Positions 34,307 to 44,099 of a stretch of 47,496 nucleotides of DNA are shown in pieces. Numbering within the stretch: the stretch's first letter is position 1; each line of letters opens with the position of its first letter. The notes under the pieces were generated by a model, which was not told where the DNA came from, did not search any database, and saw only the letters and a program-made list of their open reading frames with translations. The translations under genes and the position numbers were made by a program. The DNA is from Candidatus Woesearchaeota archaeon (lineage in GTDB: Archaea; Nanobdellota; Nanobdellia; Pacearchaeales; GW2011-AR1). Location of the stretch: NCBI GenBank assembly GCA_964423055.1, contig CAYRCZ010000004.1, positions 1,491 through 48,986 of the forward strand, in the 5' to 3' direction.

Positions 34307-37027
34307 ATGGGTGATGGTAGAGCATTTGTTAAATGGTTTTCTGAGCTAAGCAATAAAGATATTTCTATTGCTGGAGGAAAGGGGGCGTCACTTGCTGAGA
34401 TGTATAACAATAAGTTTCCAGTACCTCCAGGTTTTATTGTAACTGCTCAAGCATATGATTACTTTATTGAAAAGTCTGGCCTACGAAATCAAATAATCAA
34501 CCTTGTTAATTCAATAGATGTAGATGATACTAAACAACTAGATGCTACTGCTAGGAAAATTAGAGAGATAATAGTTGACGCTTCAGTACCTCATGAAATG
34601 AGAAATGATATTGCTGAGGCTTATGAAGTATTAGATGTTGAAAGGGATAAAATAAAGCAGAGGGGTGTTACTGAAAGCGCTCTTGCGATATTAAGAAACT
34701 CTCACGAACCTCCATTTGTTGCTGTGCGTTCTAGTGCTACAATGGAAGATTTGGCTGATGCCAGTTTTGCAGGACAACAGGAAACTTTCTTGAATGTTAA
34801 GGGAGTTGATTCATTAGTTGAATCTGTAAAGAAATGTTTTGCATCTTTATTTACTGCAAGAGCCATTTACTATAGAAAGAAGAAGGGCTTTGCTACAGAA
34901 AAAGGCTATTTAGCAGTTGTAGTTCAAAGAATGATTGATTCTCAGAAATCTGGAGTTATGTTTTCTAAAAACCCTCTAAAGAATGATGGGAATATAGTAA
35001 TTGAAGCAGTTTTTGGACTTGGAGAAGGAATAGTTTCTGGAATGATTTCTCCAGACCATTATGTTCTGAATACAAAGTTAGAATTAATAGAACAAAAGGT
35101 ATCTGATAAAAAAATTGCATTAACAAGAAGTTCTAGTGGTAAAACTGAAGAAGTTAAGTTAAGCCCTGAAATAAGTCAGAGAGAAGTTTTGAACGGGCAC
35201 GAATTGAAGATATTGGGACAATATGGTTTGAAACTTGAAGAACATTATGGTAAACCTCAAGACATAGAGTTTGCAATAGATAGAGATGGAGTGTTTATAG
35301 TCCAATCAAGACCAATTACAACTGTAGTTAAAGAGAGTACTCAAGAGATAGACGGTAATGTATTATTATCTGGTCTAGCTGCATCTCCTGGAGTTGCTTC
35401 TGGAATTGTCAAAATCGTTCATTCTCTTGATGAACTTTCTAAGGTCGTAAAAGGAAGCGTTCTTGTAACTAAGATGACTAATCCGGACATGGTTGTAGCA
35501 ATGGCTAAAGCTTCTGCAATTATTACAGATGAAGGAGGGGCAACTTCGCACGCAGCTATTGTTTCAAGGGAAATGGGTATACCTGCAGTTGTAGGCACTA
35601 GAAACTCTACTGAAAGGCTTAAGGATGGGCAATTAGTTACTGTTGATGGATTTACTGGAAGGATATTTGATGGAAAGACTGTTGAAAAGAAAGTAGAAAT
35701 AAAACCTATTGTTCCGACCAAGCATACAAAGATTAAAACTATTGTAGATTTGCCAGATTATGCTGAACGTGCAGCACTTTCAGGCGTTAAAGGAGTTGGA
35801 CTCATAAGATTAGAAACATTAATTGCTATGAGTGGGAAGCATCCTGTTTGGTTTGTCAAAAAAAATAAACTGACTGAATATGTTTCTGTTATTCATGGTG
35901 GATTAAAAAAAATAGCAAAACACTTCGATGAAATGTGGGTTAGAACTTCCGACGTTAGAAGCGATGAATATAGAAATTTAGAAGGTGCACCTGAAACAGT
36001 TGAAATGAATCCTATGCTTGGAGATCATGGCATAAGGTTTAGTTTGAAGAATGAAGATTTGCTTGAAGCTGAATTTATGGCTATAAAAGAACTTGCAGAT
36101 GAATATCCTAAAAAAGTATTTGGAGTAATGTATCCTCAAATTATCTCTGTTCAGGAAGTTAAATCTGCAAAGAAAATTGCTTCAAAAGTAAAGTTTCCTA
36201 GCAATGTTAAATTTGGCATAATGGTTGAAACTCCTGCTGCTGTTCAGATAATAAATGATTTGTGTGAAGAAGGAATTGATTTTGTTAGTTTTGGAACAAA
36301 TGATTTAACTCAGTATACTCTTGCATTAGATAGGAATAATGAAGATGTTCAGAATTTGTATAATGAACTAAATCCTGCTGTTTTGAATTCGATATCTTAC
36401 GTTATTAGAAGATGTAGGAAGTACGGGGTAGAGACTTCTATTTGCGGGCAAGCAGGAAGTAAGCCTGACATGGTTAAGTTTTTGCTTTCGGAAGGAATAG
36501 ATTCAATTTCTGTAAACGCTGATGCTGCTCACGCAGTCTCATTATTAATCAATGAAATTGAAGGTAAGCCTCAAAAACCTAGAGAAGAAATTCCAGTTAG
36601 AGAAGAAAGAACAATAAAAATAAAGAGAATTGGTACTGAACCTCATGCGAATCCAGGACTGGGATTACAAACAATAAGGCCAATGTTACAAGCTTCTGAA
36701 AAACTTCCTCCTACTATAACTCACAGTGAAGTTATGAAACAAATAGATACTTGGGGAAATGATGAATATAATCCTGGAACTAAGAGTAATAAACATGATA
36801 TTCCTGCATTAAATGATGCTATTTCTGTGTCTAGTGAAGACTTTGTACCTAAGAGTGTTGAAGAAAATGTGATTGATTTGTCTGAAAATATGGAAGTTTC
36901 TGAAATACCTTTTGAAATTCAACAAGATGTTCTATTTAATGCAATAGTTTTCTCTGAAGTAGATAGTAACCCTACAGTTAGAAAGATGCTGGACCAACAT
37001 GGTCAGCAAGAGATGGGTGTTGAATAG
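34307..37027 (+). CDS. ppsA: Phosphoenolpyruvate synthase (pyruvate, water dikinase) with a ~150-aa C-terminal extension.
   Basis: GGKGASLAEM, VAVRSSATMEDL, TDEGGATSHAAIVSREMGIPAVVG (phospho-His), GTNDLTQY and ICGQA. ATG at 34307 is preferred over 34292. Confidence 0.9.
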   Translation: MGDGRAFVKWFSELSNKDISIAGGKGASLAEMYNNKFPVPPGFIVTAQAYDYFIEKSGLRNQIINLVNSIDVDDTKQLDATARKIREIIVDASVPHEMRNDIAEAYEVLDVERDKIKQRGVTESALAILRNSHEPPFVAVRSSATMEDLADASFAGQQETFLNVKGVDSLVESVKKCFASLFTARAIYYRKKKGFATEKGYLAVVVQRMIDSQKSGVMFSKNPLKNDGNIVIEAVFGLGEGIVSGMISPDHYVLNTKLELIEQKVSDKKIALTRSSSGKTEEVKLSPEISQREVLNGHELKILGQYGLKLEEHYGKPQDIEFAIDRDGVFIVQSRPITTVVKESTQEIDGNVLLSGLAASPGVASGIVKIVHSLDELSKVVKGSVLVTKMTNPDMVVAMAKASAIITDEGGATSHAAIVSREMGIPAVVGTRNSTERLKDGQLVTVDGFTGRIFDGKTVEKKVEIKPIVPTKHTKIKTIVDLPDYAERAALSGVKGVGLIRLETLIAMSGKHPVWFVKKNKLTEYVSVIHGGLKKIAKHFDEMWVRTSDVRSDEYRNLEGAPETVEMNPMLGDHGIRFSLKNEDLLEAEFMAIKELADEYPKKVFGVMYPQIISVQEVKSAKKIASKVKFPSNVKFGIMVETPAAVQIINDLCEEGIDFVSFGTNDLTQYTLALDRNNEDVQNLYNELNPAVLNSISYVIRRCRKYGVETSICGQAGSKPDMVKFLLSEGIDSISVNADAAHAVSLLINEIEGKPQKPREEIPVREERTIKIKRIGTEPHANPGLGLQTIRPMLQASEKLPPTITHSEVMKQIDTWGNDEYNPGTKSNKHDIPALNDAISVSSEDFVPKSVEENVIDLSENMEVSEIPFEIQQDVLFNAIVFSEVDSNPTVRKMLDQHGQQEMGVE

Positions 37028-37089
37028 TTGTTACTATAATGTGGGAACATAATCGAAAGATTTAAATAGTGCGAACTTCTAGGATTTAT

Positions 37090-37776
37090 ATGGCATTAGA
37101 CGATGTAATCGGAGCAGGAAAGAAAGCAAAGAAAATCGACGCTTATAGAACTAGTTTCGATGAAAGCGGAGGTAGTTTGAATGCTGTTGTGTATGCTGCC
37201 GATATGGAAGGTATGAAAAAAGATAATCCTGCTGGCTATGCTGCTCTTAGAGCTCATGCTGCAGATATGTCCCCAGCTAGACAAAGAGAAACACTTGAAG
37301 GTTATGTTGGAGAAGTTTTTGATGAAGTTGTTGGAGTAACTCAACCTAAAGCGAGAGAATCTATTGAAGGAATCAAACCTGAAATTTTAAGAACTTACTT
37401 ATTAAATAGAAAGCCTGTAAATTATAAAGGCGCAGATCAAGAAGTTTTTGGAGCTTATGAAGGCGCAGTTAAAGCTAGAAAATTATTAACTGATGAAAAA
37501 GAATTAGGTAAGGCTGTTAAATCATACCAAGAAAAAGTTCTTGGAGCTACAAAGAAAAATTCTTTGAAGGGAGCAATTGCTTGGGTTTTGAATAATAATC
37601 CTGATATTTCAGTTGGAGCAGTTCAAAAGGATGCTTCTGAAAAAATAAAGAAATTTGAAGGTGTTGAACCTGAGAAGTTGACTCGTTATGCTGTTGGAAG
37701 ATACAACTCTTTGGATGATAAGGCTAAAAAACCTGAAGCATATGAAATTGCTAAGGCTTTAGCAGATAGTCAATAA
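37090..37776 (+). CDS. Hypothetical Ala/Lys/Glu-rich soluble protein (228 aa).
   Basis: ATG about 25-30 nt after gatttaaata TATA. No recognised motif. Confidence 0.55.
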   Translation: MALDDVIGAGKKAKKIDAYRTSFDESGGSLNAVVYAADMEGMKKDNPAGYAALRAHAADMSPARQRETLEGYVGEVFDEVVGVTQPKARESIEGIKPEILRTYLLNRKPVNYKGADQEVFGAYEGAVKARKLLTDEKELGKAVKSYQEKVLGATKKNSLKGAIAWVLNNNPDISVGAVQKDASEKIKKFEGVEPEKLTRYAVGRYNSLDDKAKKPEAYEIAKALADSQ

Positions 37777-37804
37777 TTATTTATTTTTTATCTTGATTTA
37801 GATT

Positions 37805-38668
37805 TTAATTTTTTTGATTTCTACGAGCTTCTATTAATTTATCAATTAATTCTACCATTTTTTTCATAAATTCTTCAGCTTTACCTTGCCACATCTCTAT
37901 TTCTGAAGCCTTTACTACTTTTACATCCCCATGGGCTATTTGTTTGTGAAGAATGAATACATTATGGTACCATTTAACATAATCTGACTTTAGCACTCCT
38001 GTTTCTACGAAATTTTCATGCAACATTTTAGTTATGTGTTCTGGAGATGGAGGTAATTTTCCTAATGTAATTAATGCTGCTTGAGCTGCCTCTACCATGC
38101 ACCAATAAACTCCTTCTACTGCATTTAACATAGACATCTTTGATCTGGTTAAATGATAAGGTGACCTTTGAAGCGATGCATATACTGCTTCAGGGGTTGA
38201 ATGAATCTGGCCTTGAACCATTAAAGATTTTATCGGGTTGAAAAATCCACCTATGTCAATTAATACTTGTCCTTGTCTTATTATGTTCAGTATTACTGGG
38301 TCTCCGTGCATCAAGTCACGCCACCAAGTTGTCAGCCTGATTGTGTTTATATGAAGGTCTCTTGAATAATTTTGTTCTGCAATTAATTTAGCTAACTCTT
38401 CTCGGTACCAAGCAGTTAACTCCATGTCCCAACTTATTGCTGCATCATCTAATATTATTACAATATCTATGTCTGAACCTGGTTTTACATCTCCTGAAGT
38501 TTGAGAACCAAATAAAACTGTGGCTTTTACAAGATGATCAAACTTTCTTTGAACTTTGGTTGCAAAATCCATTGCAATTTCTTTTTCGGTTCTAAACTTA
38601 GAATAATTTTTAGGTTTTACCTCATGAGCCTTGCTCTTGACAGAACTATTTTTTTCTTTTTTCACCAT
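37805..38668 (-). CDS. Pol-beta-type nucleotidyltransferase fused to a helical (KNTase_C/HEPN-like) domain.
   Basis: VLFGSQTSGDVKPGSDIDIVIILDD is the GS...DxD. The C-terminal TPEAVYASLQRSPYHL...VYWCMVEAAQAALITLGKLPPSPEH parallels 29214-31016. Confidence 0.75.
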   Translation of the reverse strand: MVKKEKNSSVKSKAHEVKPKNYSKFRTEKEIAMDFATKVQRKFDHLVKATVLFGSQTSGDVKPGSDIDIVIILDDAAISWDMELTAWYREELAKLIAEQNYSRDLHINTIRLTTWWRDLMHGDPVILNIIRQGQVLIDIGGFFNPIKSLMVQGQIHSTPEAVYASLQRSPYHLTRSKMSMLNAVEGVYWCMVEAAQAALITLGKLPPSPEHITKMLHENFVETGVLKSDYVKWYHNVFILHKQIAHGDVKVVKASEIEMWQGKAEEFMKKMVELIDKLIEARRNQKN

Positions 38669-38731
38669 CTCTCTTCGACGTAATTTAGATTCAAGATTAT
38701 TTAAAGGTTGCTTTCTGAAATATATATTGCC

Positions 38732-39109
38732 TTACCTGTTTATCGAATCTATTCTTTCGATTAGTTGTTCTAGCTTGAATTCTAAATTTTCAAGTCTCCA
38801 TTTTAAATCTTTTATCTCTTCTTTATCTTCGATTTTAGCTTCTGGAGTTACCTGAGGATTTGTTGCACCTATTGAGGCAAAATCAGATAGAAAATTACTT
38901 ACTTGAGAAGGCTCTGGGTTTATTTTAGGTGGTTCTATTTGACTAGTTTGCATTATTTCTTGTTTTTGAGTTTCTTGTGATAAAACAAAATAACCGTCGC
39001 TTGTCATTTTTGTTTCTTCATGTTTTTGAGCTTCTGGAAGTTGGATTAATTTCTTTCTATGTAGTTCTGGTAAGTCTAAAATATCAACACTTTCTCTTTT
39101 TTTGAACAT
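38732..39109 (-). CDS. Hypothetical protein with a Pro/Gln-rich middle and a C-terminal coiled coil (125 aa).
   Basis: ATG ORF, ending in IKDLKWRLENLEFKLEQLIERIDS. Confidence 0.5.
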   Translation of the reverse strand: MFKKRESVDILDLPELHRKKLIQLPEAQKHEETKMTSDGYFVLSQETQKQEIMQTSQIEPPKINPEPSQVSNFLSDFASIGATNPQVTPEAKIEDKEEIKDLKWRLENLEFKLEQLIERIDSINR

Positions 39110-39198
39110 ATTTTATTTAATGATTTATTATATATAATCCTATCTGGGAAAGGTAGAATACCTTTAAATAAATAGATTATGTTTGTAATTAAAAGAAG

Positions 39199-40833
39199 AT
39201 GGCTGATATTCATAAATTAATTGCTGCTATTAGTCCTGACGTTTATTGTCAAAAGACTAAAGAAATTGATGGAGAAGAAGTTAACTTACCTAAGAAAATA
39301 AAATTTCTTGCTAAAATTGATGGGCTGACCGAGGATGTTTTGAAATTAGCTACGCCTTTAAATTGGAAGGATTTGCCTTTTTATAATTACGATTCTGCTA
39401 AAGCAGATGCACTTAATCTATGGGGGTTAAAATCTCCTATTGAACAACATAAATTGACTTATGATTCTCCTGCTGAAGGAATAGAACCGGTTTATTTTTG
39501 GTTGCTTGATTTTCTTAATGGGCCTTATAGAAGTGTTGAGAAAGTAACGGATAATTTTGTAGCTTCTCCTGGATCTGGACACTTCTCGGAAATGCAAGGA
39601 AAAGCTACTCAAATGCAGCAGGAAGCTTCTAGAACAATGGGGAATGTAAACACTGTTTTGAAATCTGTTCTGAATCTAGTTTATGACTTAAAAGAATTTA
39701 GAATTAGGTTAAAACCTTATAAAACTTATACTGATGAAAAGGCTAGTCAAGAAGAAAAATATAAGGCACTATTGTCTTTGAAACAGATTTGGCTCGATAA
39801 TGTAGATATTAGAAAAGGAAGGGGAAGTATTAACGCCCTATCTTCCGGAGAACTTGACTTTGTTACTTTACGAGATGCTTTTATGTCTATTACAAATGAT
39901 AAGTTGCTTAATGCAAAAGGAGAAAAACTGGATTTAAACGAAAGAGTTTCTAAGATATTACAACAAAGATCTCAAGAATTCTTTTTATGGATAAAAGAAT
40001 CTTATTCTTCTCTTAAACAAAGATATGAAATTGAAAGAAATTATTTGAAATCCCAAGTTAACATGCTTAAATTATATGCTAAGTGGGTTAAGCCTTACCT
40101 TGTTGCTGCGCAGAAACTTCAACAAAATTTTGAAAGTAAAAATGCAGCTTTAGTTACTGCCTTTAATACTATGATTCTTGAATTAAAATTGATTGCAACT
40201 TCCCCTTATGATATAAAAGATGATGTTGCTGCAGGTTTAGTTCCAGATTTATTCAATAATTACAAGGGAAGAGAATATCACAAAGTTTTAGTTCTTGAAT
40301 TAGACTTTAGAGGTATACCTCAAAGAGTTTCTCAAAGGGGAGATTGGTCTTTTGGAGGAAAAGTAGATATTAAATTTACAAGTTATGCTTTGAATGAACA
40401 AGAACTAAAAGTTTTGAATAATGAAATCAATAAGGATGATCTTAAAAGCGTATTAAGCCTTGTAGAAGGAGCAACTAAGGAAAGCCTCGACCAAATTGAT
40501 AAAGATATTAGAGCATTGACTGAAGGTAAAGAAGATGAGGATATCGATAAAGAAGATAATAAAAAAAAGGAAGATGCTACGAGGAAGAAAGAAGAAAAAG
40601 CTAAAGGAGACGATTTTGGACTAAAAGCATTTTTTTCTGCATTTAAAATTAAGAAAAAAGAAAAAGAAAAATTTGATGAAAAAAAGACTGTAAACCCTGC
40701 ACCAGACGATGAATATGAAAAGGTAGTTCGTTCTCAATGCGCTATTGATTCTAGGGCTATGTGTTTTACGGTTTTTGATACTTATAAGAAAGCACATGGA
40801 ATGCCTTCACATAATAGTCCTTTTGATGCTTAA
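39199..40833 (+). CDS. Uncharacterised 544-aa protein, largely helical, with a Lys/Glu-rich C-terminal segment.
   Basis: Long ATG ORF with no recognised catalytic motif. First gene of a co-directional cluster. Confidence 0.6.
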   Translation: MADIHKLIAAISPDVYCQKTKEIDGEEVNLPKKIKFLAKIDGLTEDVLKLATPLNWKDLPFYNYDSAKADALNLWGLKSPIEQHKLTYDSPAEGIEPVYFWLLDFLNGPYRSVEKVTDNFVASPGSGHFSEMQGKATQMQQEASRTMGNVNTVLKSVLNLVYDLKEFRIRLKPYKTYTDEKASQEEKYKALLSLKQIWLDNVDIRKGRGSINALSSGELDFVTLRDAFMSITNDKLLNAKGEKLDLNERVSKILQQRSQEFFLWIKESYSSLKQRYEIERNYLKSQVNMLKLYAKWVKPYLVAAQKLQQNFESKNAALVTAFNTMILELKLIATSPYDIKDDVAAGLVPDLFNNYKGREYHKVLVLELDFRGIPQRVSQRGDWSFGGKVDIKFTSYALNEQELKVLNNEINKDDLKSVLSLVEGATKESLDQIDKDIRALTEGKEDEDIDKEDNKKKEDATRKKEEKAKGDDFGLKAFFSAFKIKKKEKEKFDEKKTVNPAPDDEYEKVVRSQCAIDSRAMCFTVFDTYKKAHGMPSHNSPFDA

Positions 40834-40867
40834 GCAAAATATTTAACTTTAAGATTATAATTCAAGT

Positions 40868-41323
40868 ATGGCCCATATAAAGGAAATAAAGAAAATAGAA
40901 TCTAATATTAAGGAAGTTCCTAAGAAAATAGAATCTATTGATGATGAGTTTGAAGAGGAAGAAGATATTGAAGTAAACTCGCTTTCTTTTTCTCGTACAA
41001 GGAATAACAAGACTTCCACTTTAGAAGCAACTGAGTCTAGGCAGGAAAGTTTTGAAGAAAGGCAAACTAGAATTTCTAAAGAAGATAGCCAAGAAATAAA
41101 TTTTAGGCCATCATATATTGGAGGAGGTAACGCTTACAAAGGAAACTCTTATACTCCTGTTGGGTCTTCTGAATCTTCAGGCAAAACTAGAGATTTAGGC
41201 GAAAGAGGTTTAGGACAAGATAGGAATTTATCTGACAATAGGATGGAAAGTCGTGAAAATCAAGAAAGAAATTATGCTGGAGAACAAGGACAAAATAAAG
41301 ATAGAAAAAGAAACTTGATGTAA
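40868..41323 (+). CDS. Low-complexity, probably disordered acidic/Ser/Arg/Asn-rich protein (151 aa).
   Basis: ATG ORF 34 nt after the upstream stop, with biased composition. Confidence 0.5.
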   Translation: MAHIKEIKKIESNIKEVPKKIESIDDEFEEEEDIEVNSLSFSRTRNNKTSTLEATESRQESFEERQTRISKEDSQEINFRPSYIGGGNAYKGNSYTPVGSSESSGKTRDLGERGLGQDRNLSDNRMESRENQERNYAGEQGQNKDRKRNLM

Positions 41324-41355
41324 GGTTTTTATAGATTAGCTGACTTTTACTTTAG

Positions 41356-41958
41356 ATGATTCCAAAAATTGAATTCAAGTATTCTTATATTTATGACGAT
41401 TTATTCAGAAATTCTGTCGAACTTAAAAAACTATTAAAAAAAGTAGGTAAAAAATATCCTGTCCCTATGGAAATAATAGATTTCATGAATGATCTTGAAG
41501 TTGTTTGGAAAAGAGAGGGAAATAAAATTCTAAAAGAAATAAGCAATATTTCTGGTTTGAAATGGAAAAACCATGAAATATCTTGTTATATTGTTGGGGC
41601 ATGTAGGCCAATGTCAGACCCACTAACAATTAAGATCTGTAATGACATAACTCATGCTATCGATATTTTGACACATGAATTAATTCATTCATTACAATCT
41701 AATGTAAATGATAAAAAGTGGGAAAAGTGGGAAAAATATCTTGATAATGAATATCCTCGTGAAACTAAGACTACTAAAGACCACATTTTTTTGAATGCAG
41801 TTCACATGGCACTTTATCTTGACTTTTTTGGAGCAGATAGGTTGATGAGAGATATGTGGAACTCAAATGTATCTTTAGATTACAAGAGGTCATGGGAAAT
41901 TGTAGAAAAAGAAGGACCTGATAAAATAGTTAGAAAGTTTAGACAGATTATAAGATAA
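41356..41958 (+). CDS. Putative zinc metallopeptidase-like protein (HExxH).
   Basis: ILTHELIHSLQS is the only recognisable motif. 200 aa. Confidence 0.5.
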   Translation: MIPKIEFKYSYIYDDLFRNSVELKKLLKKVGKKYPVPMEIIDFMNDLEVVWKREGNKILKEISNISGLKWKNHEISCYIVGACRPMSDPLTIKICNDITHAIDILTHELIHSLQSNVNDKKWEKWEKYLDNEYPRETKTTKDHIFLNAVHMALYLDFFGADRLMRDMWNSNVSLDYKRSWEIVEKEGPDKIVRKFRQIIR

Positions 41959-42006
41959 ATTAGGTTTATATATTCTGAATGGATTATATCTTTGAGGTGT
42001 ATATGT

Positions 42007-44031
42007 ATGGCTAGTTATGAAACTTTTTATCCTGCAAATGGTTCTAAATATACTTTTGAAAAACCGTATGGCGGATTTACGGGAGATAGTGCTTATCACC
42101 CTTCGGTTAGGGATATAGCTTACCCTACAGATCCATTAACTGCAAATCAATTAAAGAAAGTTTCTGATAAAATAAATACTGGTGCACAGAGTATTGAAGT
42201 TTCTGGTTTAGGGTTAACTGGCGGAGGCCCAATGAAACACTTGGCTTCCATTCCTAAACAGCATTGGAAAGAAATAGATAGGTTAAGACAATTAACTGGA
42301 GTAGACTTAACATTTCATGGGCCTTTAGTAGAATCAACTGGTTTTTCTAGGGGAAATTGGTCTGAAGACCAGAGAGTTGAAGCTGAAAAACAAATGAAAG
42401 CTGCTGTTGAACTCGCACAACAAATGAATTCATCTACTACAGATAAAGACAAAAAAGGAGTTGTAATGACATTCCACTCCAATAATGGATTGCCTGAAGT
42501 TGAAAGGAAAGTAGTTGTGGGGAGAAACAAAGATGGTAGTCCTCAAGAAAAAGTTGTAAGTATGTCTGTATATAATCCGTGGACAGGAGAAATAGGGACT
42601 TTACCCTTTAATGCAAGATACAACCATTTTGATAAAAAAGAAGAGGATGTTGTAAGCAGATTTAATGATTTTAATAAAGAAAAATGGAACCGTCAGATAG
42701 AGTCCGTTGTTGTTAATAGCACCAGAGTAAATAGGGAAGTTATTGATGCCTTAACAGGTGCGAAAGAAGAAGACGCTAAGATAAGATCTATTTCTTCTGA
42801 ATCTGCAGGAGGTTTATTCGAAGGATATAAAGTGTATAATCAAGATTACGAAAAATACAAAAAAGATTTGGAAGAAGCAAGAAAACAAAACCCTGAACTT
42901 GCTCGCGCCATAAATTCAGGAGTTAGTAATTTACAAAATGCTGAATTTTTCATAAAAGAATCTTATGATCAATTTAAGGAATTATATAATCAAGCTTATA
43001 CTGATGCTGAATTATCTTTTAAGAGAGCTCAGGCAGAAAATAAAAAAGAAGATATTGAAAAGAAAAAGAAGGCTTTGGAAAAACTAAATAATTATTCTAA
43101 AGATTTAAGTGCAACTTTCAATAAGTTTGAAAAAGAATATAATTTTATAGAAGTGCAAAATAAAATTACTGAAGGCACTAGACTTTTGAAAGAAGAAGAT
43201 GTTAGACCAAATATTTATAGGCCTCTAAAAGAATTTGCAATTGATAAAAGTTCAGAGACATTTGCTAATGTTGCAATACACGCAGTACAAAACGCTAAAG
43301 CTCATAATCGTGCTCCAGGAATAATAAGTATTGAAAATCCTCCGGCTGGAATGAGTGGATTAACAAGGGCTGAAGAGTTGAAGGATTTAGTAGTAGAAGC
43401 TAGAAGGAAATTTGTCGATAAAGCTAGTGCTTCTAAAGATAAGGGTGGACTCGGAATGTCTCAAAGTGAAGCGAAAAAAACCGCTGAAAGTATTATTGGG
43501 GCGACTTGGGACGTTGGACACATTAATTCTATTCAGAAGTGGGGTTATAATCGACAGGATGTTATCGGACAAGCACAAAAAATTGCACCTTATGTAAAAC
43601 ACATGCATATTGCAGATAACTTGGGATTCGAAGATGCTGAATTACCTATTGGAATGGGTAATGTTCCAATTGATGAAATACTCAACAATAAAGAATGGGG
43701 GCATAACTTTAGGAATGTAAAGAAAGCAATTGAAACTGGAGATTGGTTTTCACGTCAAGGAGGACTTGGAATGAGTAAGACTCCAGTTACTGAATCTCTT
43801 TCTGGGTTAACTGCTCCAGTTTATTCTATGGGGTCTAGCATGGATGGAAGTGCTTATTGGAATAGTGCTATAATGAATGATGGGGGATACTTTGGAGGAT
43901 TAGGTCCAATTAATCCTGAAGGGCACCATTCAATTTATGGGGGAGGGTTTTCGGGATTGCCTGCGTACCTAGGTTCTGAAATCCCTGGAAAAGCAAGTAA
44001 CAGTTCATTCTCTGGATCTCCTTTAGAATAA
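42007..44031 (+). CDS. Xylose-isomerase-like (AP endonuclease 2 / sugar-phosphate isomerase) TIM-barrel protein with a large Lys/Glu-rich insertion and a Gly-rich C-terminal tail.
   Basis: LTFHGP, VMTFHSN, ISIENPP, WDVGHIN and HMHIADN...ELPIGMGNVPIDEIL follow the order of TIM-barrel metal-site strands. The insertion spans roughly residues 215-400. ATG at 42007. Confidence 0.6.
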   Translation: MASYETFYPANGSKYTFEKPYGGFTGDSAYHPSVRDIAYPTDPLTANQLKKVSDKINTGAQSIEVSGLGLTGGGPMKHLASIPKQHWKEIDRLRQLTGVDLTFHGPLVESTGFSRGNWSEDQRVEAEKQMKAAVELAQQMNSSTTDKDKKGVVMTFHSNNGLPEVERKVVVGRNKDGSPQEKVVSMSVYNPWTGEIGTLPFNARYNHFDKKEEDVVSRFNDFNKEKWNRQIESVVVNSTRVNREVIDALTGAKEEDAKIRSISSESAGGLFEGYKVYNQDYEKYKKDLEEARKQNPELARAINSGVSNLQNAEFFIKESYDQFKELYNQAYTDAELSFKRAQAENKKEDIEKKKKALEKLNNYSKDLSATFNKFEKEYNFIEVQNKITEGTRLLKEEDVRPNIYRPLKEFAIDKSSETFANVAIHAVQNAKAHNRAPGIISIENPPAGMSGLTRAEELKDLVVEARRKFVDKASASKDKGGLGMSQSEAKKTAESIIGATWDVGHINSIQKWGYNRQDVIGQAQKIAPYVKHMHIADNLGFEDAELPIGMGNVPIDEILNNKEWGHNFRNVKKAIETGDWFSRQGGLGMSKTPVTESLSGLTAPVYSMGSSMDGSAYWNSAIMNDGGYFGGLGPINPEGHHSIYGGGFSGLPAYLGSEIPGKASNSSFSGSPLE

Positions 44032-44099
44032 TTAAGAATTTTTTTCTTTCTAATGATTACAGAAGGTAATTTTAAATAGCTAATAATAGTCAAATTTAT

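Noticed and set aside
1107-43608. Many track ORFs of 60-140 aa lie antisense to, or out of frame within, well-supported genes. They are 1107-1349, 3041-3229, 5577-5762, 6216-6587, 7474-7698, 8554-8751, 8813-9040, 12083-12325, 13549-13767, 15948-16367, 17916-18158, 18254-18454, 19656-19865, 20592-20819, 20925-21185, 21576-21797, 21752-21934, 21927-22112, 23363-23665, 24623-24826, 25136-25357, 26261-26467, 28741-28923, 29303-29596, 29963-30193, 30506-30727, 32869-33150, 33183-33371, 33751-33933, 35419-35721, 37096-37344, 38631-38855, 39427-39612, 41890-42099, 42315-42530, 43387-43608 and 43412-43597.
   Set aside because: Each overlaps a gene with clear family motifs or a better start context. 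Their translations are Ser/Leu/Phe/Ile-rich low-complexity strings typical of shadow frames in AT-rich DNA.
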